Shown here: one piece after another, positions 29,484 through 40,115 of the stretch | Layout: each line of letters begins with the position of its first letter | Numbering within the stretch: the first letter of the stretch is position 1 | IMG/VR virus record: IMGVR_UViG_3300005825_000057 | Location: 1-64,000 of that record | Strand: one strand, 5' to 3' | Source of the DNA: a virus | DNA length: 64,000 nt | The notes under the pieces: generated by a model | What the model saw: the letters and a program-made list of their open reading frames with translations, nothing else | The model's database searches: none | Told to the model about the DNA's origin: nothing | Made by a program: the position numbers and the translations under genes

Positions 29484-30395
29484 TTAAACCTCCGATCCAT
29501 TCTCTTCTTCATAACTTAGTGTTTCTTGCTCAAAGTTATTCAAAGTAATGGAGCCATAATACGAAGCATTGATAAGTTTTTTGTTGTATCGAACCAAAAT
29601 GCCGTTTTCCGAAAGTGAAAATGGCAAATATGGAGAATAAATGTAACCAGAAATATAATGATTTTTTGGATTCTTGTAACCCAACAAAATCTTTTCTACA
29701 GGAACATCAAATTCATACAAATTCCAACGATCATCAAGTTTTGGCCTTAAAACCTCACAAACCTTGGGATTTGCAACAATCCAAGTTGCCTCATAAGGAG
29801 TCTTGGTGCCAATATATGCACTCATGCCTTCTACAAGAGAAAACAAATGATCTTCACCCTGATAATCATATTGTTTATTGTCACATATGCTTAATAAATC
29901 GGTAATGATCTCTTTGGAAATTTCCTTGGCATATTCTTCTGAGAAAACAGCTACCAATTCAGCTTCTCGATCTAAGTTGTAACTAAATCCGTCCGATTCA
30001 CTCTTTTGCCACAAAAGTGGAAGAAATCTAGTCTTCACAGAAGAAAGAGAAGAACGAACTCGCATCTCTTCATTTGTGTAATAAACAAAGTCTTCGGGCT
30101 TGCGAGCAGCTTGAATAGAAACTAACTTGAACCCAAGAAAATCTTGATTAAAAACTCGTCTGACAACTGGAATGCTACAACGCTTCCATTGTTCGCTACC
30201 AGCATAGTTTTCATTCCATAACCGCTGGTTTTCAAGTAGCTCTGATACTTGACGTGCAATATACGGATCGGTGATACCCTTTAACAAGCCAGTCACCTTC
30301 CATTTATTGCAGTTTTCATAACAACCTTTTATGTAATCTTCTGCAAAATTCAAATTGCGAAGTAAACCTACTTCTTCTCTAATTAACTCATCCAT
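29484..30395 (-). CDS. divergent, shortened T4 gp23-like major capsid protein paralog
   Basis: KW..TGLL.G, LLENQ, IPVVRRVF...LVSIQ, EAEL...EI..EII.DL, WIV, ILLGYK, GYIYSPYLP, RY.KK. Confidence 0.8.
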   Translation of the reverse strand: MDELIREEVGLLRNLNFAEDYIKGCYENCNKWKVTGLLKGITDPYIARQVSELLENQRLWNENYAGSEQWKRCSIPVVRRVFNQDFLGFKLVSIQAARKPEDFVYYTNEEMRVRSSLSSVKTRFLPLLWQKSESDGFSYNLDREAELVAVFSEEYAKEISKEIITDLLSICDNKQYDYQGEDHLFSLVEGMSAYIGTKTPYEATWIVANPKVCEVLRPKLDDRWNLYEFDVPVEKILLGYKNPKNHYISGYIYSPYLPFSLSENGILVRYNKKLINASYYGSITLNNFEQETLSYEEENGSEV

Positions 30396-30402
30396 ATTAA
30401 CC

Positions 30403-31032
30403 TCATTTTTGTAAAATGCCTGTACCATAACGAGTCTCAAAAGATATAGGCGGGCGATTTACACTTTCACTAAAAGCAAAAAACGCATCACTTGCGGATT
30501 CATTCCGCTTGACATACTCAGTAACAACTATGCCATTCTCGGCAACATAAGGCCAGATAAATTCCAAATAAGATAAGTGGTCATCATAGTTCATTTCTTC
30601 ATTGATAATGACCATATCCCACTTTATTGGTGAAATTTTCTCCACAAACTCGTCATCATACATATTATTTATGTAGACAGATATTACTCCTTTATAATTG
30701 AGCTTTATGTTGTTTACACCCATCCTAAAAGAAAAGAATTCTTCAGCCGGGCGTCGAAAAGCCATAAAGTGTTCTACACTCTTACAAGAAACCAAAAAAC
30801 TACTTTCTAGTAAGCCAAGTCCAAAATTAAGGGAAAGAATGTTTTTAGGAGAAATGAATTTGCCAAGATGATAATAAAATGGAGCATATCTAGGATCAGA
30901 ATAAGCAGGCGAACGCCGACAAGACTCGTTAATCATAGCCATTCTGTCCAACAATATTTTGCCGTTTACAAATTCTCTTTCCAATAAGATGGAAATATTT
31001 TTCTGAAGAAGTAACAAATCAATTTTTTCCAT
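30403..31032 (-). CDS. class I SAM methyltransferase-like protein (degenerate)
   Basis: PKNILSLNFGLG, WDMVII, ENGIVV pattern. Confidence 0.55.
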   Translation of the reverse strand: MEKIDLLLLQKNISILLEREFVNGKILLDRMAMINESCRRSPAYSDPRYAPFYYHLGKFISPKNILSLNFGLGLLESSFLVSCKSVEHFMAFRRPAEEFFSFRMGVNNIKLNYKGVISVYINNMYDDEFVEKISPIKWDMVIINEEMNYDDHLSYLEFIWPYVAENGIVVTEYVKRNESASDAFFAFSESVNRPPISFETRYGTGILQK

Positions 31033-31063
31033 AACGCTCTAATAGAGTGAGAGGATACAAAAC

Positions 31064-32209
31064 ATGCAGAAATTTGATTTTTTAATTGTGGGGTCTGGGT
31101 TCTTTGGAGCATCGTTCGCAAGAACTGTTGTAGACGCCGGAAAAACCTGTTTGGTCATCGAAAAAAAAGACCATGTTGCGGGGGCTGCTCATGACAGAAA
31201 AGTAAACAATTACTTTGTATCAAGCTATGGGGCACACATCTTCCATACAAAAAGCAAAGATATATGGGATTTTGTTCATCAATTTGGGGATTTTACACCT
31301 TTCGTAAATAGACCAAAAGTCGTGTCTGGGAACAACATTTATTCTTTCCCAATTAACTTGATGACGCTTCACCAATTATGGGGTGTCAAAACGCCAGAAG
31401 AAGCACGATTGAAACTACAAGAAGTAACCGCACCTTATAAAATCAATCACCCTGCCAATTTTGAAGAATGGGCACTCTCAATGGTTGGCGAAGAAATCTA
31501 CCGTACTTTCTTTTATGGATACACAAAAAAACAATGGATGAAAGAACCCAAGGAATTGCCCTCATCTATCATCCAAAGACTACCAATTAGACTGACTTAT
31601 GATGAAAACTATTTTACCACAGAGTATCAAGGAATGCCATCTGAAGGCTATACAAAACTTGTTCAAAATATGCTCGATGGCATAAAAGTCGAAACAAGCG
31701 TAGATTTTCTAAAGGATAAAGACAAATGGTCCAATCTTGCAAAAATGATAGTTTATACCGGCCCCGTGGACGCCTTGTTCAATTACGAACATGGGGAACT
31801 GGAATACAATACACTGAGGTTCGTTCAAGAAGAGAGATATGGCGACGTGCAGGGGAACGCCGTGCTAAACTATGTCTCAGAAGATGTCCCTTACATCAGA
31901 AGTATTGAATATAAGCACTTTTATAAACATGGCGATTTGGTCAAGCACTACAATCCAAATGCTGGACCCAATAAAGACCTAAGCATTATCGCCTATGACT
32001 ATCCTGTGCCCTATAAAGAACAACCCGATCCATTTTATCCAATCAGAGATGCACGAAACTCTGAGATTTATGAAAAATACGCTAACTTAAAAAAGAATTA
32101 TCCCAACATCATCTTCGGAGGAAGATTGGGAGAATACAAATATCTCGACATTGACCAATCTGTGGCTTCGGCCATAACGAAAGCTAAAAAGGTGTTGCCA
32201 AATGTATGA
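31064..32209 (+). CDS. glf: UDP-galactopyranose mutase
   Basis: IVGSGFFG, YGAHIFHT, GYTKKQW, YQGMP..GYT, PFYP, GGRLGEYKYLDIDQ. Confidence 0.95.
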   Translation: MQKFDFLIVGSGFFGASFARTVVDAGKTCLVIEKKDHVAGAAHDRKVNNYFVSSYGAHIFHTKSKDIWDFVHQFGDFTPFVNRPKVVSGNNIYSFPINLMTLHQLWGVKTPEEARLKLQEVTAPYKINHPANFEEWALSMVGEEIYRTFFYGYTKKQWMKEPKELPSSIIQRLPIRLTYDENYFTTEYQGMPSEGYTKLVQNMLDGIKVETSVDFLKDKDKWSNLAKMIVYTGPVDALFNYEHGELEYNTLRFVQEERYGDVQGNAVLNYVSEDVPYIRSIEYKHFYKHGDLVKHYNPNAGPNKDLSIIAYDYPVPYKEQPDPFYPIRDARNSEIYEKYANLKKNYPNIIFGGRLGEYKYLDIDQSVASAITKAKKVLPNV

Positions 32210-33233
32210 TGCAGAATTCCATGTAATGGCCTCAGAAAAAGATGAATTCAATTTCAGAATACACAATTTTCTGGAATATGGACTTTACAATTACAACAAA
32301 TACAAAATCAAAATATTACTGCTTCTCAAAGAGAATCCAGAAAGCACATTGGAAAAAGATTTAGAAAAATATCAAAAAGAAAATTGTGATATTCAAGTAA
32401 TTCGTTTTCCTCAAGACGAACCTTCACACAAAAAATTTACTTATATCACTGAAATATTGCCCAAACACATAGATGATGCTCGCTGGTTTATTGGCATTGA
32501 TGACGACACAATTAACGATATTGATAGGTTGATTGATAGACTTGACGAAGATTTTGATTGGGAAGACAAATACTACGTCTCAACAGAACCCATGAAAAAT
32601 GTTCAACCAATGGAATACGATTTAGCTCTTTTGTTTGGTAAAGAACATTGGTATTGTCCTATTGGTGGACCATATCACGAATGGGAAATATTTTGTTTAA
32701 GTCAAAAGGCTGCAAGAACAATAATAGAAAACGAAAATTCGATGAAACTTCTCAATATGAGAAAGAAAATCTCCAAAGGATGGGGAGATCATTGTATGGG
32801 GGTAGCTGCTAAATTCGCCAAAATTTACCCAATCGGAACAACCTATATCAGTGGTACTCACATGATAGCCGAACACACCATTTTAGATGGATGGATCGTT
32901 CATTGTCATCACATTTATAAATTACCGGGAACCAATCATATTTTGCCAATCTTAAAAGCAAGACAAAATAACAATTTTGGCGGCAAAAAAATCTTCTTAT
33001 CAGAAGTTTCCCAAGACAAAATTGAAGATAGAGGATTCTTTGCTTTAGATAAAAAAGGAGTAATGACTGGTCCTCCAAATTTCAGAGCAGTAGGAATTTG
33101 GAATACTCATTCTGAAAAAAGGCTCGACTTACATTTTTTTGAGGAAGACAAAGTAGTGGAATTCGATTTGACTAAAAGCGATATGTCAAAAGAGAAAAAA
33201 GACCAAAAAAGATTTAGAATCATAACTGCATAA
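32202..33233 (+). CDS. putative glycosyltransferase (GT31/fringe-like)
   Basis: RWFIGIDDDT DxD motif, WGDHCMG; coupled to glf. Confidence 0.65.
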   Translation: MYDAEFHVMASEKDEFNFRIHNFLEYGLYNYNKYKIKILLLLKENPESTLEKDLEKYQKENCDIQVIRFPQDEPSHKKFTYITEILPKHIDDARWFIGIDDDTINDIDRLIDRLDEDFDWEDKYYVSTEPMKNVQPMEYDLALLFGKEHWYCPIGGPYHEWEIFCLSQKAARTIIENENSMKLLNMRKKISKGWGDHCMGVAAKFAKIYPIGTTYISGTHMIAEHTILDGWIVHCHHIYKLPGTNHILPILKARQNNNFGGKKIFLSEVSQDKIEDRGFFALDKKGVMTGPPNFRAVGIWNTHSEKRLDLHFFEEDKVVEFDLTKSDMSKEKKDQKRFRIITA

Positions 33234-33237
33234 AAAG

Positions 33238-33263
33238 ACCCACCAGAGCTTGCACTCTGGTGG
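33238..33263. terminator. stem-loop/terminator
   Basis: CCCACCAGAG...CTCTGGTGGG; T-run on the minus strand. Confidence 0.65.
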
Positions 33264-33359
33264 GCTATGAATACCCGGCTCGCACGGGGTTCGCTTCAAA
33301 ATTGCAACCCTTCGAGTGTAGATATTATATACACTCAATCAGATAAAAATAGGGGTTAT

Positions 33360-33575
33360 ATGAATCTTCCAAGTTTTAACGAATGGCTTTTGGTAAAAGA
33401 AGGTAAAAAGAACAAATTATCACCAGAAGTACGAGCATTCATTGCTGGTAAAACAACTAGCGTAAAATTGCCTGCTGCTCCTGTTGCTCGTGGCCATCAA
33501 GCACATATTAGTGGTGGTGGGGCACACAAAAACAAAAAAGCATATGATCGCAAACAAAAGTGGAATCAAGAATAA
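33360..33575 (+). CDS. small basic protein with capsid-targeting-like N-terminus
   Basis: MNLPSFNEWLLVKE; GGGG SD. Confidence 0.6.
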   Translation: MNLPSFNEWLLVKEGKKNKLSPEVRAFIAGKTTSVKLPAAPVARGHQAHISGGGAHKNKKAYDRKQKWNQE

Positions 33576-33776
33576 AAAAAAGGGACTAAACAACAAGTTT
33601 AAGTCCCTTTATCTTTGGCTAAATTTGTTTGAAACAACCTGACAAATGGCTACAACCATCTTTGCCCTGCAATCGGAACATTTCACTTTTCGAGACACAA
33701 TCAAACATCCTTGCAGACAGTCGGAATGTGTTTTTTCTCAAAAATAGAGATTTTGGTCAATCCAAAGACACCTTAT

Positions 33777-34244
33777 TTATGCATCTGCGAATAAAGACAA
33801 AGGCATAATTTTTACTTCTATTCCCGCTTCTTCAAACATTTGGGAAGAAAGTGCCATATCTTCAGCCCAACGCTCTCGTAAATGCTCTGGAATCTCTGGG
33901 GCCACGCAACGAGTAATTCCAGACTGAATTACCATCGCAGCACATACACTACAACTCATAAAAGGCCAAGTGTATAATGTGCCACCCTCTATGGGGCCAC
34001 GGGCAAACAACAACGCATTTCGTTCACAATGAACAATCATCTTATATTTTAATTCACGATTTGCATACCGCTCTGGGTAATCGTGTACACCTACGGGAAA
34101 GCCATTATATCCCATTGAAACAACTCTTAAATTAGGATCAGTAATTACTGCCCCTGTTTGAGTTGATGGGTCTTTAGACCAACTAGCAACGTGTCGAGCA
34201 AGCTCTACAAATCGCTTATCCCACTTATCCATATCTTTTTTCAC
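33777..34244 (-). CDS. dCMP deaminase
   Basis: SKDPSTQTGAVI, GYNG, HCERNA, CSVC. Confidence 0.92.
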   Translation of the reverse strand: MKKDMDKWDKRFVELARHVASWSKDPSTQTGAVITDPNLRVVSMGYNGFPVGVHDYPERYANRELKYKMIVHCERNALLFARGPIEGGTLYTWPFMSCSVCAAMVIQSGITRCVAPEIPEHLRERWAEDMALSSQMFEEAGIEVKIMPLSLFADA

Positions 34245-34246
34245 GT

Positions 34247-34921
34247 TTAATTTCCTACAAGAGACTTCAAATCTTGAAGTATTTTAAGGTTGAGAATAAT
34301 CTTTTCATTGCCACCCAATGAATCAATTTTACTAAGCAAAACTTGAAGTTGACCTAATCCACCTACCTCGTTGGCTAAATGCCCTACTTCTTTCAAAAGA
34401 TCAACTTCCGATTTTGACTGAATAGTTGGATTGTTCACAAATGGAAACAAAGTTTCAGTAACTTTAGCAGATTCGGTTTTGCCACCTTCAAAATCTATTT
34501 CCTTCTGCTTTGAATTAACTTTAAGCATTCCAATGGATTCATATCTATCTAACGTCAATTTCAACCACTGTTTGGCTTCTTGCCTAGCAAGGTTCAAATT
34601 AAAAACTGGACCATTAGGCCACGTTCCATTACGCCTTCCCGTTGTGACAATCGAACCATAAACTGCTGTAAGAGAAATAACGGTAGTGAACCAGCTACTA
34701 GATTTATTCTTCCCAACAATTCCAGCTTCTTGCCTTAATCTAACAAAAGAAGCGACCTGCATTTCCTTTTCTTGGGCTATTTCTGCGTCTGCTTTTTCAC
34801 AAGCATTCTTACGAGAATTAAGACACCCAGAATAATAAATATAAAGTGTCAACCAAGACTCCCAAGTATCTTGGCTAGAATTTAATTTGGAAACCGTTGA
34901 CTTCAAAGAAAGTTTTTTCAT
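34247..34921 (-). CDS. hypothetical protein
   Basis: long ORF in the minus-strand run. Confidence 0.55.
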   Translation of the reverse strand: MKKLSLKSTVSKLNSSQDTWESWLTLYIYYSGCLNSRKNACEKADAEIAQEKEMQVASFVRLRQEAGIVGKNKSSSWFTTVISLTAVYGSIVTTGRRNGTWPNGPVFNLNLARQEAKQWLKLTLDRYESIGMLKVNSKQKEIDFEGGKTESAKVTETLFPFVNNPTIQSKSEVDLLKEVGHLANEVGGLGQLQVLLSKIDSLGGNEKIILNLKILQDLKSLVGN

Positions 34922-34922
34922 A

Positions 34923-35492
34923 CTAAACACCCTTTTTCCTATAAGATAACCAAATTTCTAAATCAAAATCAGCAACACTCTTTCCGGCTTCATCTGCAAG
35001 TCGCAAAAAATGTTGTTCAAGTTCCACATACTTTTTGCCAGAGGGGGTTGAAACCGGAGCGTCAACCCCCTTCTCCCGCAAAAACTTCAAAATATGCGTA
35101 TCAAGTCCAGCCAACCTTTGATTGCGACGACTATGGATTAAGAAACATCTAGCCGTCTTCGGCCCTATGCCCTTAATGGCTTCCAGATCGTCCACAGTGC
35201 ATTGGTTTAAATCAATTGCACTCTCGGCCAACTGAATAAAGGTAACCGCCTTATTGGTATAACAGCCAATTCCTGCTGCTTTCATTTCTTCAGAAAGATT
35301 CGGAACCTTCCTAATAATCGCAAAGGGTGTACGACCCAAATGCTTCCATTTACTAAGAAGTCTTTCTAAACATCGAGCAGCAGTATTTCCATTTTTACCT
35401 GCGGCACACACCCAAAACAAAATACGAAGTTGTAGCTCTGGGGTTGGACAATTATACAAAGTAATTTGGTCTGGATCGACAAAAAACTTCAT
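34923..35492 (-). CDS. HhH-GPD DNA glycosylase/AP lyase (OGG2-like)
   Basis: IKGIGPKTA HhH with Lys; LDTHI catalytic Asp. Confidence 0.8.
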   Translation of the reverse strand: MKFFVDPDQITLYNCPTPELQLRILFWVCAAGKNGNTAARCLERLLSKWKHLGRTPFAIIRKVPNLSEEMKAAGIGCYTNKAVTFIQLAESAIDLNQCTVDDLEAIKGIGPKTARCFLIHSRRNQRLAGLDTHILKFLREKGVDAPVSTPSGKKYVELEQHFLRLADEAGKSVADFDLEIWLSYRKKGV

Positions 35493-35989
35493 TTTATAAC
35501 CCTCAAAACAAAATCTATCTTGCGAACCACGTTCCAATAATGCCTACGAGCATATTCTTTTTCAGCTTCTGACTTATCAACCCATTCTTCAAAATATGTA
35601 AAAGACACACTTTCGGTTTTCAATTCAGTCGAAACATTCTCGTTGGCACTACCCTTCAAATCACTACTGTCAAAAAATCTAAATGAATGCTCATTAAAAT
35701 GATTCACATGATAAGGATTGACAGCATTAAACAACGAAGAAGAAACATAAGGAACACCAATTTTTATAATCGCATTGGGTTTGCAAACACGCCACATTTC
35801 ATAAAGAACAAGAAGATATTCTTTACAATGCTCCAATACATGATAACAATAAATTTCATCTACTGAATTTTCAGGCCAAGGCCAAGGTTTATTTATATCT
35901 AAACAAACATCTGTCTTCAAGGCCGGATTAACATCTATGTTCACCCAGCCTTCTCTATATTGTTTGCCACAACCAACATTCAACTTCAT
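35489..35989 (-). CDS. class I SAM-dependent methyltransferase
   Basis: KLNVGCG, WPWPENSVDEI..HVLEH, RVCKP. Confidence 0.85.
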   Translation of the reverse strand: MKLNVGCGKQYREGWVNIDVNPALKTDVCLDINKPWPWPENSVDEIYCYHVLEHCKEYLLVLYEMWRVCKPNAIIKIGVPYVSSSLFNAVNPYHVNHFNEHSFRFFDSSDLKGSANENVSTELKTESVSFTYFEEWVDKSEAEKEYARRHYWNVVRKIDFVLRVIK

Positions 35990-36486
35990 TCTTCAACACC
36001 CTGTTTTAAAAAGTCTTCAAAGCTGGTTGTTGATTCAGTTACTTTATCTGTGTAAATATCTTTGTTCAACTTGTCAAGTTCTTTACGCAAAGTATGACCA
36101 CGATTTTGAGCATTCTCGTGATTCTTATCCCATGCCTTTAAGTGAGCTTTAATCAAACCAACCACAGACTTTCTATCAACCTTGTATTCAAAAGCTCTCA
36201 CAACGTCAGGATCAGACGCCGCTTTAGATTTTGCGTAGTTATCTGACCCGCCTTCGTCTTTGGCTTCAACAAACTTTTGGTTGTATAAAGCCTCATATCG
36301 AACATCTGCAATCATGTATTCTTTGGTTGCATGTTCGAGTTGTTTTCCAAAATAATCAATCCATGCATATTCATGGTCCATGTAATCACTTAAAGTGATT
36401 TCATTAAATTTCATACGTTCTGGGTCTAGCACTAACACTTTGCCAGCCACAGTTATTTCGGTTTTTTCTACAGGTGCCGCTTCCAT
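35986..36486 (-). CDS. UvsY-like recombination mediator
   Basis: all-helical, about 160 aa, adjacent to the replicative helicase; assignment by pattern and context. Confidence 0.5.
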   Translation of the reverse strand: MEAAPVEKTEITVAGKVLVLDPERMKFNEITLSDYMDHEYAWIDYFGKQLEHATKEYMIADVRYEALYNQKFVEAKDEGGSDNYAKSKAASDPDVVRAFEYKVDRKSVVGLIKAHLKAWDKNHENAQNRGHTLRKELDKLNKDIYTDKVTESTTSFEDFLKQGVEE

Positions 36487-38018
36487 TATTCGCCTCCGGT
36501 TTCGTCATCAGACGGATCAATGATACTGTTTCTTTTTTGATTTCTTTTTTTGGCAGGTGGATTATATTTGTCCAATTTGAAATCTTCTGCCTTTTTCTCT
36601 TCGGCAGTATTCATCTGCTGTGAATATCTCTCTTTGGAAATTTCAAATATATCCAACGTACCCATTCTATAATCGAAACCAATCTTAAATGGGAAACGAG
36701 AAGAACCATCACGATGTTTGATGACAAACCCACGACCCACTTCTGCGTCCTTCTCTCGACCTTGCTGGTTTATAGACCAGAAAGCATCTAAAGGTTTAAA
36801 TTGGTCGAAAGACGTACCGATATTACTTTCATCAATATATTGATTCAATTCTAACTTTGCGGCACTTGCATTTGGCTGCACACACGTCATGGTGCAATGC
36901 TTCTTCTCAACACCAAAACCTCTTAAATCACGCAAAATTCTATAAGCCGATTCATATTTTTTAACTGATGGATCGTCTTTCATTTCGCCAACATAGTCAA
37001 TGATAACTAAGTTCGGAACCCAACCTCTTACGCCTAGTTGAGCGTGATAAGCTCGAATTCCATTTACATCCATCTGACCACCGGGGAATTGCTTAATTAC
37101 CAGTTGGTTTCGATCATCTTTATCTTTGCCAAATTCCTCAATGGTCTTAATGACCTCATCTTTATTTTGTCTAAGTAGATTGATGTCTAATTTTGCGAAC
37201 TGCGATGTGAACCGTTGGGCAATACCCAACTCATCCATTTCCATCGTGAGATAAAGAACTTTGTGCCCAAGCAAAACATTGGCCACAGCCGCTTTCACAA
37301 GTGCCAAGGATTTACCTGTACCGGGTAAACCAATCCATGCAGCAATTTGTCCGGGGAATAAACCACCACCCGTTAAAGCGTTATCAATGGTTTCAAATGA
37401 CGAAGTAAAACGATCAAGACCTTCATATCGTTTATCCATACGATTAAACATTTCTTGAATATTGATGAAATACTCAAGACCCGGCTCATAATGCCGGTCA
37501 ATCGTCATGGCCTGCCGCATTTCTTCGTAAACAAATCCCCAAGTCTTATCATCTTCGGGAGCTTCATTCATCTTCTCTAAGCAATTGTGGAAAGCCACTT
37601 TGATTGCTTGGACCTTGGCAAAATAAGTAATTTTATCAAGAAGATATTCTCTAGTTTCTAATCCGGGGACGTAATACTCGTAAAGAGTGTGAAGCTCGCC
37701 CGTAAAATAAATTTGAATTGCCTTTTCTCTTTCCTTGAGCTTATTTTGCAATTCATTGTGTAAAATCCATTTGTCGGGAATTACTCTGTGTTTGTCGAAA
37801 TATTCAAACAAAAGAGAACAAATTGTGACATGAGATTCTGTCGAAAAATACATTGGCTTGATCTTATCCACACTCTGAACGAGCATGAAATGATCGGTAA
37901 GCAACATTCCCAGCAATTTTTTCTGGAATGTTTCGTCCCAAGCAAACTTGGTTTGAGTAACATCAGGGTCAGTCAAACTTTCCAGCTTTGCTTGTTCTTC
38001 AGGAGATAATTCACGCAT
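36486..38018 (-). CDS. DnaB/gp41-like replicative helicase
   Basis: GGGL, GLPGTGKS, YLTMEM, LVIKQFP, IIDY, IKHRDG. Confidence 0.92.
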   Translation of the reverse strand: MRELSPEEQAKLESLTDPDVTQTKFAWDETFQKKLLGMLLTDHFMLVQSVDKIKPMYFSTESHVTICSLLFEYFDKHRVIPDKWILHNELQNKLKEREKAIQIYFTGELHTLYEYYVPGLETREYLLDKITYFAKVQAIKVAFHNCLEKMNEAPEDDKTWGFVYEEMRQAMTIDRHYEPGLEYFINIQEMFNRMDKRYEGLDRFTSSFETIDNALTGGGLFPGQIAAWIGLPGTGKSLALVKAAVANVLLGHKVLYLTMEMDELGIAQRFTSQFAKLDINLLRQNKDEVIKTIEEFGKDKDDRNQLVIKQFPGGQMDVNGIRAYHAQLGVRGWVPNLVIIDYVGEMKDDPSVKKYESAYRILRDLRGFGVEKKHCTMTCVQPNASAAKLELNQYIDESNIGTSFDQFKPLDAFWSINQQGREKDAEVGRGFVIKHRDGSSRFPFKIGFDYRMGTLDIFEISKERYSQQMNTAEEKKAEDFKLDKYNPPAKKRNQKRNSIIDPSDDETGGE

Positions 38019-38023
38019 AAGTT

Positions 38024-38509
38024 TTACCCATTTATAAAGGGCGTCTCAATTGGCAATTCAATAGAAATCTTGTGATGATCTACACCAACACTCGACTCCT
38101 GATCTGTAATTCGCCAGCCCTTAACTTCCATCTTTAGTAATGGAATTATTATACGCAAATTAGGCATCAAACGGTAGTCATCTTTTATATCTTCCCAAGC
38201 ATACCAAGCAACTTTTTCAATTTCTTCTGCTCTAGGCTTTGGTTGCTTGTAATAATTCATTTCTGCGAGGAAGCAATGCACCACGCAATCGTTGCCAATA
38301 ATCTCTCCCATCAATGTCATTTTGTCGGCAGGCCATCCTGCCTCTTCTTGTAATTCACGCTCGGCAGCTTCTTGGGGAGATTCACCTTCTTCGACTTTTC
38401 CGCCTACAAGATTAAGTCTTCCTTTTTGCCATGCGGGTTTTTCTTTGAGAACCAATAGGGTTATGTTGGTTTTCCAAGGACGCACATGAATCAAAACGTA
38501 TTCTTTCAT
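38024..38509 (-). CDS. NUDIX hydrolase
   Basis: GGKVEEGESPQEAAERELQEEAG Nudix box. Confidence 0.92.
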   Translation of the reverse strand: MKEYVLIHVRPWKTNITLLVLKEKPAWQKGRLNLVGGKVEEGESPQEAAERELQEEAGWPADKMTLMGEIIGNDCVVHCFLAEMNYYKQPKPRAEEIEKVAWYAWEDIKDDYRLMPNLRIIIPLLKMEVKGWRITDQESSVGVDHHKISIELPIETPFING

Positions 38510-39363
38510 TTTTTCCTCAAAAGCAATTTTTTAGGCAAGAATGTCTTTCGTTCTTGTTGTACCGGAGTTGGCAACTCCATAGTTTTTGGCACATCTATCT
38601 TGGGATATTCTTTGTGAAAAAAATTCAACCAGTTATGAGAGAGAGTATGGAATATCTTGGTCGGCCCTCGATAAAATTCTTTCTCGACATGCGCAGAATC
38701 AAAATACACATAATCAAGCTCGTGATCCAGAGCAAATAATGTAAAAGCCAATTCTTCTCGTCCAGTTGCGTTTTGACTTACTTGATGTATCCATTCACCC
38801 ATAGGGTGAATTTTCTTTTTAAGACTCAAGCAGTAATCATAAACCTCTTCGCCATATTTTCGCAAAAGATGGTTGTTAAACAAAACTACCCCAGAATTGA
38901 AAGAACGAATTGATTTGTTCTTCCAATTGGTGGGGTAGTGATCGCCAAAAGTATTTGTGGTGGCGGCAAAATCAACGTCTTTGTAAATATCAAAAAGACA
39001 AGTTATGTCGCCAAAAATAAAAGTATCCGAGTCAATAAGAATAACTCGTTCGTGCGGACATTCTGCAAAAACAATCCGCTGAGCAGAAAAATAACCCTTC
39101 TCTTCTTTTAAATCCAAATCATGATAAATTTTCAATTCGATATTGAGACTTTTACAAAGTTCAAAAAATTCCTGCTTCTCAACAAGTCGAATGTGACGAT
39201 CAAGAGTGTCTTTATTTGTAATGCCACGACTATCTCGGCAATTATCTTCAACAAAATAAATCGTGACCGGCAGGGTTGGATTGTGCTGACGTAAGGTTCG
39301 TAAGCTGTAGGATGCCATTGTCAAATAAAATGGCTCTTCATTTAAAACATAAACTGCTTGCAT
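38506..39363 (-). CDS. GT-A glycosyltransferase (GT8-like)
   Basis: VILIDSDT, FNSGVVLF, IFH. Confidence 0.75.
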   Translation of the reverse strand: MQAVYVLNEEPFYLTMASYSLRTLRQHNPTLPVTIYFVEDNCRDSRGITNKDTLDRHIRLVEKQEFFELCKSLNIELKIYHDLDLKEEKGYFSAQRIVFAECPHERVILIDSDTFIFGDITCLFDIYKDVDFAATTNTFGDHYPTNWKNKSIRSFNSGVVLFNNHLLRKYGEEVYDYCLSLKKKIHPMGEWIHQVSQNATGREELAFTLFALDHELDYVYFDSAHVEKEFYRGPTKIFHTLSHNWLNFFHKEYPKIDVPKTMELPTPVQQERKTFLPKKLLLRKK

Positions 39364-39524
39364 ATTTTAATCCCAAAGTACAAGAGAATGTGAGACTGCA
39401 ACACTAGGGAGTTCTATAAAACAATAAATTCTAATTTTTAACTTTTTAAACTAACATCAACATATAAAATAAAGTATCCCTCGGCAATCCACTACCCCAT
39501 TCTCAAACAATTATAGGGGAAAAA

Positions 39525-40115
39525 TCACAAAGCACAAATTGCATTGTTATTTGTTTGACCCAAATAGTCGTACTCAGACAAAGAAACCTGACCGGCTCGA
39601 ATTACTTTTTCTTTAGTAATCTTTTTACCCATGTTTTTCTGTCCGTTCCAAACAATAGCTTTGCAATATGTAGCAAACTTAGAATCAATTCTAAGGGGTG
39701 CATCCCTCATCGGTCTTTGAGCCTTGGGAACAATTTTTTTGACAATTCGATCCAACATCAATTCTTGATGCGGACCAAACTTCTGTCGGTTTGCTCCATG
39801 TCGAGTTCTGTTGGCCCACAAGTCCATCAAATTAGCCACAATTCTTGAAAGGAATTTATCTTTGGCAGAATACTTCTTAGCCAAAGTCAAACAACTCTCA
39901 ATATAAGTTTGACGCTTATAGTAAGAGCCTGCTCGAATTATGGAAAGTTGTAGTTCTTGGTTTATGTCATCAAAGTCATCAGTGTAGTTGTTTCTGGAAT
40001 TCTTTTTTTGAAGTTGGTGGGCAGCGTAAAAACAAAGTTTACCAAAGCTGTCATTAAGGTCTGCAAATTCATTATTGGTTATCGGGAAATTAACGCATAT
40101 ATCCTTCATATTCAT
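39525..40115 (-). CDS. sigma70 region-2-like protein (candidate gp55-type late sigma factor)
   Basis: DDINQELQLSIIRA resembles region 2.2 and KFATYCKAIVWN resembles region 2.3/2.4; no region 4. Confidence 0.5.
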   Translation of the reverse strand: MNMKDICVNFPITNNEFADLNDSFGKLCFYAAHQLQKKNSRNNYTDDFDDINQELQLSIIRAGSYYKRQTYIESCLTLAKKYSAKDKFLSRIVANLMDLWANRTRHGANRQKFGPHQELMLDRIVKKIVPKAQRPMRDAPLRIDSKFATYCKAIVWNGQKNMGKKITKEKVIRAGQVSLSEYDYLGQTNNNAICAL

